Shown: in pieces, positions 7,699-19,877 of the stretch
How positions within the stretch are numbered: the stretch's first letter is position 1
Layout of the letters: the number at the start of each line of letters is the position of its first letter
Assembly (NCBI GenBank): GCA_034660655.1
Contig: JAYEJU010000012.1
Coordinates: forward strand, 1 to 48,232
Direction: 5' to 3'
Source: Patescibacteria group bacterium
GTDB taxonomy: Bacteria > Patescibacteriota > Patescibacteriia > JAACEG01
DNA: 48,232 bases
Translations under genes and position numbers: made by a program
Notes under the pieces: generated by a model
Seen by the model: only the letters and a program-made list of their open reading frames with translations
Databases searched by the model: none
What the model was told of the DNA's origin: nothing

Positions 7699-9222
7699 AT
7701 GTCATCAAAAATATTTTCAGCAGCAGCTGTTGGTTTAGACAGTGAATTAATAGAAGTAGAAGCTGATATTTCGGGCGGACTTGGTAATTTTATTATTGTT
7801 GGTCTTCCAGACACTGCCGTGCAGGAATCAAAAGAGAGGGTTAGAGCCGCTATTAAAAATAGTTTTATTCCTTTTCCGCAAACAAGAGTGACAATAAATT
7901 TGGCGCCTGCTGACATAAAAAAAGAAGGGCCTGCTTATGATTTGCCAATAGCAATCAGTATTTTGCTGGCAAACAATAAAAGATTTTTACCAAAGTATGA
8001 TTTGAAAAAATCTGTTTTTATTGGTGAGCTTTCATTAGACGGATCATTACGTGGTGTTAATGGAATATTGCCGATTGCCATAATGTGCAGAGATAGAAAA
8101 ATTAATACTCTGTATTTGCCAAAAGCTAATGTTAAAGAAGCGACTTTAATAAAAGGCGTTGAAATAATCCCTGTTGAAAATTTAAATCAATTAGTCAAAC
8201 ATTTAAGTGGAATTGAAAAAATATTGTCTTATCAATGTCATGGAAATTTTTTAAATCAGGAAAAGCAATATGCTTATGATATGGCGGATGTTCGCGGTCA
8301 GGAATACGCAAAAAGAGCAATGGAAATCGCGGCGGCTGGAGCGCATAATGTTATAATGGACGGGCCTCCAGGATCTGGAAAAACTTTATTAGCGCGGACA
8401 ATGCCGTCAATACTTCCTAAAATGACGTTGGAAGAAGTATTGGAAGCTACAAAGATTTACAGCGTGTCAGGCAAATTAGCAAAACGCAAACCATTAATAA
8501 ATATTCGCCCGTTTAGAAATCCGCACCATACTGCTTCTTCTGTTGCTTTAATCGGCGGAGGTTCGTGGCCAAAACCAGGCGAGATAAGTTTGGCTCACAG
8601 AGGAATTTTATTTTTGGATGAGTTTCCTGAATTTAATCGTCAAGTGTTAGAAAGTTTGCGCCAGCCATTAGAAGACGGAGTCGTGACTGTTTCGCGTGCG
8701 TCCAATAGTTTAGAATTTCCTGCTAAATTTATTTTAATCGCGGCGCAAAATCCATGTCCTTGCGGTTACGCAAGCGATCCTGACAAAGAATGCGTTTGCT
8801 CCCCCGGTCAGATTATGAAATATCAGCGCAGGATTTCAGGTCCGCTTTTAGACAGAATTGATATGCATATTAATGTGGAAAAAGTTAAATTGGAAAAATT
8901 AACCTCAGACGCAAAAGGCGAAAAATCAGAATTAATAAGAGAAAGGGTGCAAAAAGCGCGGAATATGCAGAATAAAAGATTTGAAGAAATGAATATTTTT
9001 ACTAACGCGGAAATGAGTTCGCGACAAGTAAAAGAGCTTTGTAAATCTGAAGACCAAGCGTTAAATCTTTTGAAAAATGCTGTTCAGCAATTTCATTTGT
9101 CAGCGCGTTCTTATTTTCGGATGTTAAAACTCGCTCGCACAATAGCTGATTTAGCGGAAGAAGAAATAATCAAAATTCAGCATATGGCAGAGGCGTTGCA
9201 ATACAGGCCAAAAACGGAATAA
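7699..9222 (+). CDS. comM: Mg-chelatase-family ATPase ComM/YifB
   Basis: Start moved to ATG 7699 (MSSKIFSAAAVGLD...). Walker A GPPGSGKT and Walker B ILFLDEFPEF are present, along with the N-terminal Lon-like domain and C-terminal ChlI-like region typical of YifB. Confidence 0.9.
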   Translation: MSSKIFSAAAVGLDSELIEVEADISGGLGNFIIVGLPDTAVQESKERVRAAIKNSFIPFPQTRVTINLAPADIKKEGPAYDLPIAISILLANNKRFLPKYDLKKSVFIGELSLDGSLRGVNGILPIAIMCRDRKINTLYLPKANVKEATLIKGVEIIPVENLNQLVKHLSGIEKILSYQCHGNFLNQEKQYAYDMADVRGQEYAKRAMEIAAAGAHNVIMDGPPGSGKTLLARTMPSILPKMTLEEVLEATKIYSVSGKLAKRKPLINIRPFRNPHHTASSVALIGGGSWPKPGEISLAHRGILFLDEFPEFNRQVLESLRQPLEDGVVTVSRASNSLEFPAKFILIAAQNPCPCGYASDPDKECVCSPGQIMKYQRRISGPLLDRIDMHINVEKVKLEKLTSDAKGEKSELIRERVQKARNMQNKRFEEMNIFTNAEMSSRQVKELCKSEDQALNLLKNAVQQFHLSARSYFRMLKLARTIADLAEEEIIKIQHMAEALQYRPKTE

Positions 9223-9240
9223 ATTTATTAAAAAATAAAA

Positions 9241-9277
9241 AGCAGGAAGTTTTTAATGAACTTCCTGCTTTATTTTT
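9241..9277. terminator. Bidirectional intrinsic terminator (comM / rRNA-tRNA-Ile unit)
   Basis: Stem agcaggaagtt/aacttcctgct flanked by A-run and T-run, lying between the convergent comM and tRNA-Ile. Confidence 0.7.
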
Positions 9278-9278
9278 G

Positions 9279-9352
9279 TGGGCATACGTGGACTCGAACC
9301 ACGGACCTCGTCCTTATCAGAGACGCGCTCTAACCAGCTGAGCTATATGCCC
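9279..9352 (-). tRNA. tRNA-Ile (GAT)
   Basis: Reverse complement GGGCATATAGCTCAGCTGGTTAGAGCGCGTCTCTGATAAGGACGAGGTCCGTGGTTCGAGTCCACGTATGCCCA folds as a cloverleaf. Anticodon loop is CTGATAA. No CCA is encoded. Confidence 0.93.
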
Positions 9353-9734
9353 CAAAATCACTTTAACATCTAAACACACTAATATTTAAACATTTTAAAT
9401 ATAATTTTTATTTGAATTAATTTTATCAAAATTTTTTAAAAAAGCAATTGTTATTGTCTAAAATAATTTTACATTTTGATTTGTTCTGCTAGAGGCGGAC
9501 AAGCATTTTGAGTTTTGATTTTTGCATTTTGAATTCTTACTAATAAACCCCGCTATCGCGGGGTTATTTTTTAACAACTAAACAGCAACAAGTAGATAAC
9601 ATTTTTTAATGTTTTGATTTATCTAATCTCATAGACAAGTAATAATCTGATTTCCCCAAATATAATTTGGGGCGACCTATAATGATTAGTAAAAAAATTA
9701 TATAAAATAATTTTTTACTAATATTTTCTCCCTA

Positions 9735-11358
<1,624 letters not shown>

Positions 11359-11498
11359 AATATCCAGTTAAAGATTAACTGGAAAAAAGTTTAAAATCCA
11401 AACTAAAAATAAAAAGAAATTATTACTTGTTGCTGTTCAATTGTTAAAGTTCTCAAATAAAAAATTGATAAAAATAGATTTTTATTTTTATTATTTTT

Positions 11499-11527
11499 AA
11501 TATAAATGATAACTAAAAAAATGTCAA
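11499..11527 (-). promoter_or_regulatory. Candidate sigma-70 promoter for the 16S gene
   Basis: The minus strand reads TTGACA-17 nt-TATATT, about 140 nt upstream of the 16S 5' end. Confidence 0.5.
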
Positions 11528-11561
11528 TAGTGTTTGCGAAAAAAATTTAAAAATTTTATTA

Positions 11562-11589
11562 TTGACTTTTAATAAAAAAAATATAAAAT
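11562..11589 (+). promoter_or_regulatory. Candidate promoter for tRNA-Gly
   Basis: TTGACT-16 nt-TAAAAT, ending 11 nt before the tRNA 5' end. Confidence 0.4.
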
Positions 11590-11600
11590 AGAATTTAATT

Positions 11601-11675
11601 GCGGGTATCGTATAGTGGCTATTATATCAGCCTTCCAAGCTGAGGACACGGGTTCAATTCCCGTTACCCGCTCCA
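11601..11675 (+). tRNA. tRNA-Gly (TCC), CCA encoded
   Basis: Acceptor GCGGGTA.../TACCCGC; anticodon stem TCAGC/GCTGA with loop CTTCCAA; T-arm ACGGG-TTCAATT-CCCGT; ends TCCA. Confidence 0.92.
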
Positions 11676-11703
11676 TCAAAATAAAGTACTCAAAATTTAT
11701 TAT

Positions 11704-12624
11704 ATGCTTTACGATGTTATTATTATTGGGGCAGGACCTGCTGGCTACACGGCGTCTATTTACGCTTCACGATATAAATTAAAAAATTTGATCATAAGCA
11801 AAGAACAGGGCGGGCAAATTAACGAGGCGCATTTGGTTGAAAATTATCCAGGATTTATTAGCATTTCAGGGACAGAATTAATGTCTAAGTTTAAAGAGCA
11901 AAGTGAAAAATTGGGCGCTGAAATAATTTTAAAAGAAATAAAAAGGATTATAAAAGAAAAAAATGATTTTGTTGTGATTACTGAAAATAATGAAAAATAT
12001 TTTGCCAAGACAATTATTTTAGCAATGGGAATGGGGTATAGAAAATTAGAAATTCCAGGCGAAAAGGAATTTATAGGCAAAGGAGTTTCTTTTTGTTTTG
12101 TTTGCGATGGCATGTTTTTTAGAGACAAAACAGTAGCTGTTATTGGAGGAGGAGACAGTGCCGTGACAGGCGCTGTTTATTTAGCTGATATTGCCAAGAA
12201 AGTTTATCTGATATACAGAAAAGAAAAATTAAGAGCAAGTCCGTCGCAACAAGAAAAAATTAAAAATAGTCCAAAAATAGAATTAATATTAAATACGAAT
12301 TTAATGGAAATCAAAGGAAATAATATTGTTAAGGAAATTATTTTAGATAAAGCTTTCCAAAACAAAAAAACACTCGCGGTTGATGGAGTGTTTATAGAAG
12401 TTGGATCTGTTCCAAATTTCGCGCTTGCAAAACAGCTTGGTATAAATATTGACGATGACGGACGTATAAAAGTTGAAAAAAATCAATCAACAAATATTAA
12501 AGGAATTTTCGCTACAGGCGATATTACTGACGCGTCTAATGGGTTTCGGCAGGTTATTACGGCTTCTTCTGAGGGAGCAATAGCTTCCAGCGCGGTTTAT
12601 AAATTTTTGCAAGAAAAAAAATAA
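11704..12624 (+). CDS. trxB: Thioredoxin-disulfide reductase
   Basis: FAD motif GAGPAGYTASIYASR, redox CFVCDG (CxxC), NADPH motif GGGDSAV, and C-terminal GDITD. Confidence 0.92.
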   Translation: MLYDVIIIGAGPAGYTASIYASRYKLKNLIISKEQGGQINEAHLVENYPGFISISGTELMSKFKEQSEKLGAEIILKEIKRIIKEKNDFVVITENNEKYFAKTIILAMGMGYRKLEIPGEKEFIGKGVSFCFVCDGMFFRDKTVAVIGGGDSAVTGAVYLADIAKKVYLIYRKEKLRASPSQQEKIKNSPKIELILNTNLMEIKGNNIVKEIILDKAFQNKKTLAVDGVFIEVGSVPNFALAKQLGINIDDDGRIKVEKNQSTNIKGIFATGDITDASNGFRQVITASSEGAIASSAVYKFLQEKK

Positions 12625-12691
12625 ATAATAACTATAAAATTTTTAATTCATCAGCTGACGAATTAATTTTCAATTTTTTTTATATAAAATT

Positions 12692-13939
12692 ATGTTAAAT
12701 TATAAAAATTTATCAGAGCAGGATCCACAAATAATGGACGCGATAAACAGTGAAGCAAGAAGGCAATCAGAAGAGATGGAACTGATTGCTTCTGAAAATT
12801 ATGTTTCAAAAGAAATTTTAGAAGCAATGGGAACGGTCTTAACAAACAAATACAGCGAAGGTTATCCTGGGAAAAGATATTACGGTGGGAATCAGAATAT
12901 TGACGATATAGAAAATATAGCAATAGAACGGGCAAAAAAACTTTTTAACGCGGAACATGTGAATGTCCAGCCGTTGTCTGGCTCGCCTGCTAACGCGTCT
13001 GTTTATATGGCTTTTTTAAAATCTGGCGATAAAGTGCTTGGCTTGAAATTAGACCATGGAGGACATCTTTCGCACGGACACCCAGTTAATTTTTCAGGAA
13101 TGCTTTATAATTTTGCGCAATATGAAGTTGACACAAAAACTGGCAAAATTGATATGGAAGAAGTAAAAAAAATAGCTAAAAAAGAAAAACCAAAAATGAT
13201 CGTTGCTGGATATAGCGCTTACTCTCGAGAAATAGAATGGAAAAAATTTAAAGAAATAGCTGATGAAGTCGGGGCGTACACTTTTGCTGATATAGCGCAT
13301 ACAGCCGGTTTGATTGCTGCAAAACAAATGGATAATCCAACTCCTTTTTTTGATGTCATTACAACAACGACGCATAAAACTTTGCGTGGACCAAGAGGGG
13401 CAATAATAATGTGCAAAGAAAAATTTGCTAAACAGATTGATAGAGCTGTATTTCCAGGAATGCAGGGCGGTCCGCATGATCATATTATCGCTGCAAAAGC
13501 GGTAGCTTTTGGAGAAGTTTTAAAACCAGAATTCAAAGATTATGCAAAACAAGTTATTGCTAATGCGAAATTTTTAGCTCAGAAATTACAAAATTTAAAT
13601 TATAAAATAATTTCCGGAGGGACTGATAATCATTTGATGGTAATTGATTTAACAAATAAAGGATTAGCAGGGAAAGAAGCTGAAAATATTTTGGATAAGG
13701 TTGGAATTTCCATTTCTCGTTCTACTATTCCTAATGATCCAAATCCTCCAATGAGTCCTTCAGGAATTAGACTTGGAACTCCAGCAATTACTAGCCGTGG
13801 AATGAAAGAAAAAGAGATAAAACAGATAGCGAATTTTATAGATCAGGCAATACAGAATAAGAACAAAGAAGAAAAATTAAAAGAAATAAAAGAGGAAATT
13901 AAAAAAATTTGTTTAAATTTTCCAATACCAAGCGTATAA
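12692..13939 (+). CDS. glyA: Serine hydroxymethyltransferase
   Basis: LIASENY, YPGKRYYGG, and the PLP-lysine block TTTTHKTLRGPRG. Confidence 0.95.
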   Translation: MLNYKNLSEQDPQIMDAINSEARRQSEEMELIASENYVSKEILEAMGTVLTNKYSEGYPGKRYYGGNQNIDDIENIAIERAKKLFNAEHVNVQPLSGSPANASVYMAFLKSGDKVLGLKLDHGGHLSHGHPVNFSGMLYNFAQYEVDTKTGKIDMEEVKKIAKKEKPKMIVAGYSAYSREIEWKKFKEIADEVGAYTFADIAHTAGLIAAKQMDNPTPFFDVITTTTHKTLRGPRGAIIMCKEKFAKQIDRAVFPGMQGGPHDHIIAAKAVAFGEVLKPEFKDYAKQVIANAKFLAQKLQNLNYKIISGGTDNHLMVIDLTNKGLAGKEAENILDKVGISISRSTIPNDPNPPMSPSGIRLGTPAITSRGMKEKEIKQIANFIDQAIQNKNKEEKLKEIKEEIKKICLNFPIPSV

Positions 13940-13996
13940 TCAAAGTTCAAAGTTTAAATAGTTCCCCCTTTGAAAAAGGGGGATTTAGGGGGATTT
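13940..13996 (+). repeat. G-box hairpin repeat (caaagttcaaa...ccccctttgaaaaaggggg atttagggggatttt)
   Basis: 7-bp stem ccccctt/aaggggg followed by a second G-run. Related copies are at 14930-14980, 29939-29982 and, inverted, 29996-30042. Confidence 0.7.
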
Positions 13997-14064
13997 TATA
14001 ATCAAAAAATTTAAAAATCCTCCGACTTCCTTTGTTAAAGGAGGAATATATCAAATTAAAATTT

Positions 14065-14892
14065 ATGATTTTGCGAGGGGACAAATTAGCAAAAGAAATA
14101 AACAAAGAAACTAAAAAGGAAATTCAAAAATTTAAAATAACGCCGGGACTGGCTGTTATTTTAATTGGCAATAATCTAGCTTCTAAGCTTTATGTTGAAT
14201 TAAAAGAAAAAACAGCCAAACAAATTAAAATAAATTTTTATAAATTTTATTTTTCAGAAAAAGCGAAAGAAAACGAAATTTTAAAAATCATTACAGAATT
14301 GAATCAAGATAAAAATGTTAGTGGGATTATTGTCCAGCTTCCTTTGCCAGAAAAATTTAATACTAATAAAATTGTTCAATGTATAAATTCCAAGAAAGAC
14401 GTTGACGGGTTTCATAAACAAAATATAAAAAGTTTATTAACAAAAAAATCAAAAATAATTTCTCCTTTGATTTTAGCTGTTATTAATATTTTAAAATCAA
14501 CTAAACAAAATTTATCAGATAAATCAGCAGTAATTATTTCTAAAAATAAAATTTTTGTTAAACCTCTTAAAATAGTTTTGCAAAAAGAAAAAATAGCTTG
14601 CGAAAAAATTGAATGGGTAAAAGAAATTAATAAAAAAACAATTGAAAAAATTGAATTGGCTGATATTGTTATTGTAGGCATTGGAAAAGCAAGAATTTTG
14701 AAAAAAGAAATGATTAAAAAAAATGCAATAGTAATTGACATTGGCATTAACAAAGAAAACAATAAAGTCGTTGGCGACGCTGATTTTAAAAATTTAAAAA
14801 ATAAAGCGTCTTTTATTACGCCTGTTCCCAAAGGAGTTGGGCCGATGACTGTCGCGATGTTGATGAAAAATGTTTTAAAATTGTCGCGATAA
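14065..14892 (+). CDS. folD: Bifunctional methylenetetrahydrofolate dehydrogenase/cyclohydrolase
   Basis: GIIVQLPLP and VPKGVGPMTVAML motifs. I prefer ATG 14065 (MILRGDKLAKEI) over the track's TTG at 14032. Confidence 0.88.
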   Translation: MILRGDKLAKEINKETKKEIQKFKITPGLAVILIGNNLASKLYVELKEKTAKQIKINFYKFYFSEKAKENEILKIITELNQDKNVSGIIVQLPLPEKFNTNKIVQCINSKKDVDGFHKQNIKSLLTKKSKIISPLILAVINILKSTKQNLSDKSAVIISKNKIFVKPLKIVLQKEKIACEKIEWVKEINKKTIEKIELADIVIVGIGKARILKKEMIKKNAIVIDIGINKENNKVVGDADFKNLKNKASFITPVPKGVGPMTVAMLMKNVLKLSR

Positions 14893-14929
14893 TGCATTGA
14901 CAATTTATAAATTTATAATAATATTATAA

Positions 14930-14980
14930 TTCAAAGTTCAAATAGTTTTCCCTTTATCAAAGGGGGACAGGGAGGATTTT
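14930..14980 (+). repeat. G-box hairpin repeat, copy downstream of folD
   Basis: ttcaaagttcaaatagttttccctttatcaaagggggacagggaggatttt aligns with 13940-13996. Confidence 0.7.
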
Positions 14981-15088
14981 AAAATTAATTTTCAATTTAC
15001 AAATTATTGTTTTGTTGTTTAAAAAATTAAGTCATTAAAAATTGTTTAAAAATTAAAAATTAGAAATTGAAAATTTTATATTATATAC

Positions 15089-15159
15089 GCGGGATTAGTA
15101 TAATGGTAGTACAGAGGTCTCCAAAACCTCTGGCGGGGGTTCGATTCCCTCATCCCGTG
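15089..15159 (+). tRNA. tRNA-Trp (CCA)
   Basis: Acceptor GCGGGAT/ATCCCGT (G-U at 1:72); anticodon stem GAGGT/ACCTC with loop CTCCAAA; T-loop TTCGATT. Confidence 0.88.
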
Positions 15160-15227
15160 CTAATTTACTTGATTTTTTATAAAAATCATTTATAATCTTG
15201 ATATATTTGTTAACCATTTTTATTTAT

Positions 15228-15365
15228 ATGCCGAAAAGAACTTTTCAGCCGAACACAAGGCGAGCCAAGAAAAAGCACGGTTTTAGAAAAAGAATGTCAA
15301 CTAAGGCTGGGCAAAATATTTTAAAAAACAGAAGAGACAAAGGAAGAGAAAAATTAAGCAAATAG
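15228..15365 (+). CDS. rpmH: 50S ribosomal protein L34 (below the ORF-track size cut-off)
   Basis: Translates to [45 protein letters not shown], the canonical L34 sequence, and is followed directly by rnpA. Confidence 0.93.
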   Translation: MPKRTFQPNTRRAKKKHGFRKRMSTKAGQNILKNRRDKGREKLSK

Positions 15366-15390
15366 GTCTAATAAACAATTTGCTATTTTT

Positions 15391-15732
15391 ATGTTGCCTA
15401 AAAAAGAGCGATTACAACACAGAAGAGACTTTGACAATGCTTTTAAATCTTCAAAAGGCGTTTTTACTAAAATTGTCGGAATAAAATTTATTGCCAATGG
15501 TTTGGAAAATTCCAAATTTGGAATAATTGTTTCCAATAAAATTTCCAAAAAAGCTGTTGTCAGAAATAGAATTAAAAGGCAGATCCGCGAAATTATCCGT
15601 TTGAATTTAGAAAATATTAAAAAAGGTTTTGATATAGTTATAATTATAAGGATTGGAATTGTTGGAAAAAAATATCAAGAAATTGAAAAAAATATTTTAA
15701 ATATTTTTAAAAAAATAAAATTATTAAAATAA
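15391..15732 (+). CDS. rnpA: Ribonuclease P protein component
   Basis: Small basic protein (KKERL..RDF) in the conserved position immediately after rpmH. Confidence 0.85.
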   Translation: MLPKKERLQHRRDFDNAFKSSKGVFTKIVGIKFIANGLENSKFGIIVSNKISKKAVVRNRIKRQIREIIRLNLENIKKGFDIVIIIRIGIVGKKYQEIEKNILNIFKKIKLLK

Positions 15733-15834
15733 AAAAATTTAATCTTCCTTTTTTTATTAAAAAGAAAAAGCCCTGGCTTAAAAGTCAAGGCTTTATTTTC
15801 AAATTAGACCAGCTTGCTTTTTAAAAAAGCAAGA

Positions 15835-16083
15835 TTAAGAAAACAAAGTTTTTTTAGGAATATTTTTTTTTGTAAAAAATAACCACCCCCTTAAATCAGT
15901 TACTGCTGTTGACTCACAATTTGGGCAGCGGAAGCATCCTGGGCAATATTCCTCTAATCTTGCGCCGCAAAAACAAGTTTTGACATTTTTTGTTATTATT
16001 TTCATGTTTTTCTCCTCTTCCTTCTTTACTTGTTGAAATTCATTGGGCGTCCATGGCGCCGCGTACAATTTTTTTTCGGGCAT
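15835..16083 (-). CDS. Small Cys-rich (zinc-ribbon-like) hypothetical protein
   Basis: AGGAGG lies 7 nt upstream of the ATG at 16083. Cys cluster CFCG...CPGCFRCPNC. No family recognised. Confidence 0.45.
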   Translation of the reverse strand: MPEKKLYAAPWTPNEFQQVKKEEEKNMKIITKNVKTCFCGARLEEYCPGCFRCPNCESTAVTDLRGWLFFTKKNIPKKTLFS

Positions 16084-16293
16084 TTTTTCCTCCTTTGAAT
16101 TTGTAAAATGTGCGTAAAATAAAACCGACTCCTTAGGAGCCGATTTTTTGTATTTTATTTTTGTTATTACTTATTTATTCAATACAAAATTTCTGACTCC
16201 GAAAGCCGCTGAAAAACCAAAAGCTGAAAAAATAAAAATTTTGTATTAAGATGTTTTTCATATATTTACACAATAACATAGTAAATATTTACG

Positions 16294-17445
16294 TCAAGTA
16301 TTCCAGGCCTTTTTTACGGCATTTGTTACAGCAAGATGCGTTTTAGGATTAAGAATACTTGGAATAATATTATTTTTATTTAAATTTTTAACCAAATTCG
16401 CGAGAGTGTAACTGGCTGAAAGTTTCATTTTTTCTGTAATTTTTTCAGCGCGCGCGTCAATGGCTCCTCTAAATATTCCTGGATATGCTGAAGCATTATT
16501 AATCTGATTTAAAAAATCAGAACGCCCAGTCGCCACAATATACGCGCCTGCCTTTTTTGCCTTGTTTGGCAAAATTTCAGGATCAGGATTTGCCATGGCA
16601 AAAACAATCGGTTTTTTGTTCATCAATTTTATCCATTCTTTTTTTAAAATATTAGGCGCTGAAACCCCGATAAAAACATCCGCGTTTTTTAAAGCATCTG
16701 GCAGCAAGCCATTTTTAATATTTTTATTTGTGAATTTAGCAATTTTTTGTTTATGTGGAATTGATTTAATATCTGATCGTTGATTATAAATAATTCCTTT
16801 GCTGTCGCACACTACAATATTTTTCGCCCCAGCCATTTTTAACAGTTTCCAAATCGCAAATCCGGCCGCGCCAGCTCCGCTAATTACGATTCTAATCTTA
16901 GTTAAATTTTTTTTAACAATTTTTAAAGAATTAATCAACGCTGACAGAACAACAATAGCTGTTCCATGCTGGTCGTCGTGCATTACTGGGATTCCTATAT
17001 TTTGCAAATTGTTTTCTATTTCAAAACAGCGAGGCGCTGAAATGTCTTCTAAATTTATTGCTGCAAAATTCGGCGCGATGTTTTTTGCGATATTTATTAT
17101 TTCTTTCGCGTTTTGAGTTTTAACACAAATCGGGAAAGCGTCAATATTCACGAATTTTTTAAAAATTACTGACTTGCCTTCCATCACTGGAATAGCGGCA
17201 TAAGGCCCAATATTACCTAATCCCAATACCGCGGAACCGTCGCTCACAATCGCGACTGAATTTCCTTTCATTGTCAGTTTATAAGCGTTGTTTTTGTCTT
17301 TATAAATTTTTTTGCTGACTTCGGCGACACCCGGCGTATAAATAGTTGAAAGGTCGTTTTTATTTTTTATAGAAACTTTTGGCTTTATTTCAATTTTACC
17401 ATTATATTTTTTATGCAAAGCAATTGATTTTTTAAAATAATTCAT
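16294..17445 (-). CDS. NAD(P)-dependent malic enzyme (short form)
   Basis: [17 protein letters not shown] and the Rossmann motif GAGAAG are present. The 383-aa length means there is no PTA domain. Confidence 0.9.
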   Translation of the reverse strand: MNYFKKSIALHKKYNGKIEIKPKVSIKNKNDLSTIYTPGVAEVSKKIYKDKNNAYKLTMKGNSVAIVSDGSAVLGLGNIGPYAAIPVMEGKSVIFKKFVNIDAFPICVKTQNAKEIINIAKNIAPNFAAINLEDISAPRCFEIENNLQNIGIPVMHDDQHGTAIVVLSALINSLKIVKKNLTKIRIVISGAGAAGFAIWKLLKMAGAKNIVVCDSKGIIYNQRSDIKSIPHKQKIAKFTNKNIKNGLLPDALKNADVFIGVSAPNILKKEWIKLMNKKPIVFAMANPDPEILPNKAKKAGAYIVATGRSDFLNQINNASAYPGIFRGAIDARAEKITEKMKLSASYTLANLVKNLNKNNIIPSILNPKTHLAVTNAVKKAWNT

Positions 17446-17499
17446 AGTTGTTATTTTATTTATTTTATTATAATATTAAATTACCTTAAATATACTAAA

Positions 17500-17781
17500 A
17501 TGTCAAAACGAAATTTAAAAAATAATTTATTATTATTCTCGTTTATCCCAAGACAAATAATTCTTAAATTAATAAAATTTTATCAAAAGACTTTTTCTTT
17601 TGATCATGGATTTTTAAAAATATTTTTTCCAAATGGATATTGCCGTTTTAGACCGACTTGTTCTGAATATGGTTATGAGGCAATTAAAAAATACGGTATA
17701 ATTAAAGGAGGGGTAATGGCGCTTTGGAGAATTATAAGATGTAATCCATGGAACAAAGGAGGCAATGATCCCGTTAAATAA
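17500..17781 (+). CDS. yidD: Membrane protein insertion efficiency factor YidD
   Basis: YQK..S.....[32 protein letters not shown] signature. Confidence 0.88.
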   Translation: MSKRNLKNNLLLFSFIPRQIILKLIKFYQKTFSFDHGFLKIFFPNGYCRFRPTCSEYGYEAIKKYGIIKGGVMALWRIIRCNPWNKGGNDPVK

Positions 17782-17794
17782 TTTATTTTAATTT

Positions 17795-18682
17795 ATGGTA
17801 AAAATATTAACAATTGATGTTGGCGCGACAAAAATCAGCGCTGGCATTGTTTCTAAAAGTAAAGTTTTAATTTTTGAAAATTTTAAAACTGATATAAAAG
17901 CTGATAAGCAAAAATTTTTAAGCGATTTGAACGATATAATTGAAAAATTTATTTCAAAAGAAATAAAAGGAATAGGAATTTCATTAGCGGGACAGGTAAA
18001 TTGGTTTGATAATATCGTTGATATAAGCCCTTTTTTTAAAAAAGGAATAAAAAATTTTTCTTTAAAAAAATATTTAGAAAAAAAATATAAGTTACCTGTT
18101 GCTATTGATAATGACGGGCATTGTTTCGCGCTAGCTGAAGCAGTATATGGCGCTGGTAAAAAATATCAAAATGTTATAGGCGTTGCGATCGGAACTAATT
18201 TGGGATGTGGTATAATTATAAATAAAAAAGTTTATCGCGGATCACAAAATATGACTGCTGAATTTAGCCATTTTATAATTGATAAGTCTTCAAAAATAAG
18301 ATGTAGTTGCGGGAATATAGGACATTTCGCGAGCTTGGCAAGCGGTTCAGGAATGGTAAAATTATATAAAGAAAAATATAAGAAAAAAATATCAACTCAA
18401 CAAATATATAAGGACTATAAAAATAAAGACCAAAAAGCAATAGAGATTATTAAAAAAACAAGCGCAAATTTAGGAATAGGCTTTGCAAGTATTATAACAA
18501 TCCTTAATCCAGATGTTTTGATTTTAGGCGGAGGGCTTTTAAAAATCAAACCGCTTTTTAATTTAACAAAAAAACAGACTATTAAAAATCTGCCATTTAA
18601 AAAACTTAAAAAAGTTAAAATCTTAAAAGCTGAACTTGATTATCCGCATTTAATCGGGGCAGGATTGTTATTAAAGATTTGA
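17795..18682 (+). CDS. ROK-family sugar kinase (glucokinase-like)
   Basis: N-terminal ATP motif IDVGATK, DNDGHCFALAE, and the ROK zinc motif CSCGNIGHF. Confidence 0.85.
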   Translation: MVKILTIDVGATKISAGIVSKSKVLIFENFKTDIKADKQKFLSDLNDIIEKFISKEIKGIGISLAGQVNWFDNIVDISPFFKKGIKNFSLKKYLEKKYKLPVAIDNDGHCFALAEAVYGAGKKYQNVIGVAIGTNLGCGIIINKKVYRGSQNMTAEFSHFIIDKSSKIRCSCGNIGHFASLASGSGMVKLYKEKYKKKISTQQIYKDYKNKDQKAIEIIKKTSANLGIGFASIITILNPDVLILGGGLLKIKPLFNLTKKQTIKNLPFKKLKKVKILKAELDYPHLIGAGLLLKI

Positions 18683-19288
18683 CATTGGTTTAAATGATTT
18701 CCTGTGAATTTCACAAATTCCGTATTTTTTAATCATTGCGCGATGATAAGCAGTGCCATAACCTTTGTGTTTTGCAAATCCGTAATTTGGAAATTTTTTC
18801 TCATAGGAAACCATTATTCTATCGCGAGTTACTTTTGCGATTATTGAAGCCGCTGAAATTGAACATATTTTTTCATCGCCTTTTTTTATTAAAATATAAG
18901 GAATATTATTTGTTATTTTTATTTTCTTTTTTAATAAAAAATCAATTAGTAAATAATTAGGTTTTTTCTTTAAATTTTTTATCGCTTTATTCATCACATC
19001 AAGATTAGCTTGGCTAATTCCAATTTTGTCAATTATTTTATTACTGATTATTTCAGCTGACCAACAAATAGCTTTTTTAATAATTATTTTATAAACTTTT
19101 TCGCGAGTGATAGGAGATAGCATTTTAGAATCTTTCAAATCAGGAATTTTAATATTCGCGGGTAAAACAACAGCCCCCGCGACTATTGGTCCGGCCCAAG
19201 ATCCGCGGCCTGCTTCATCAACTCCGGCAATAGTTTTAAAGCCTTGTTTTATTAATTTGTTTTCATATAATGAATTTGGATATTTCAT
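18671..19288 (-). CDS. rnhB: Ribonuclease HII
   Basis: GVDEAGRGSWAGPIVAGAVV and DSKMLS motifs. Confidence 0.92.
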   Translation of the reverse strand: MKYPNSLYENKLIKQGFKTIAGVDEAGRGSWAGPIVAGAVVLPANIKIPDLKDSKMLSPITREKVYKIIIKKAICWSAEIISNKIIDKIGISQANLDVMNKAIKNLKKKPNYLLIDFLLKKKIKITNNIPYILIKKGDEKICSISAASIIAKVTRDRIMVSYEKKFPNYGFAKHKGYGTAYHRAMIKKYGICEIHRKSFKPMSNL

Positions 19289-19349
19289 AAATTAATTATA
19301 ATATAAAATAAAAATATTATAAAAATAAGTAAAATATAAATATACAAAA

Positions 19350-19877
19350 ATGTCAACAAAAGATTTAAAATTCGCGATTATTTCCGATGTTCATGACAAT
19401 TTAGCAAATCTAAATAAAGTTTTAGATTATTGTGATAACAAAAAAATAAAAATTTTAATCTGTTGCGGGGATCTTGCTAATATGGAGACTTGGGAATATT
19501 TGAAAAGCAAATTTAAAGGAAAGATTTATTTTGTTTTTGGAAATATGGACGAAGATTATTTTAAAAGCGAGGCGCAGAAAAAAAATTTGCAAGAAGCAAA
19601 CCCAGATGTAAAAATTTTTTATAAAATAGGGGAGTTTGAAATAGAAAATTTTAAAATAGCCATTACGCATTTTCCAGATATTGCCAATGATTTGGCAAAA
19701 ACAAAAAAATATGATTTAGTATTTTTCGGGCATACTCATAAGCCAACATTAGAAAAACAAAATAATACTCTGCTTCTGAACCCGGGAAATATTGCTAATT
19801 TATATTACGCGCCAAGTTTCGCAATATTTGATATTGAAAAAAACAAGCCAGAGCTGATATTACTGAATGAATTATAA
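19350..19877 (+). CDS. YfcE/MJ0936-family metallophosphoesterase
   Basis: SDVHDN, CGD, GNMD and GHTH metal-binding motifs in order. Confidence 0.82.
   Translation: MSTKDLKFAIISDVHDNLANLNKVLDYCDNKKIKILICCGDLANMETWEYLKSKFKGKIYFVFGNMDEDYFKSEAQKKNLQEANPDVKIFYKIGEFEIENFKIAITHFPDIANDLAKTKKYDLVFFGHTHKPTLEKQNNTLLLNPGNIANLYYAPSFAIFDIEKNKPELILLNEL

Noticed and set aside
12690-17116. Numerous 60-160-aa antisense ORFs inside glyA, folD, the malic enzyme gene, rny, infB, gyrA and others.
   Set aside because: They are fully nested antisense within strongly supported conserved genes. Their composition is low-complexity Phe/Ile/Ser/Leu-rich, as expected from AT-rich antisense frames.
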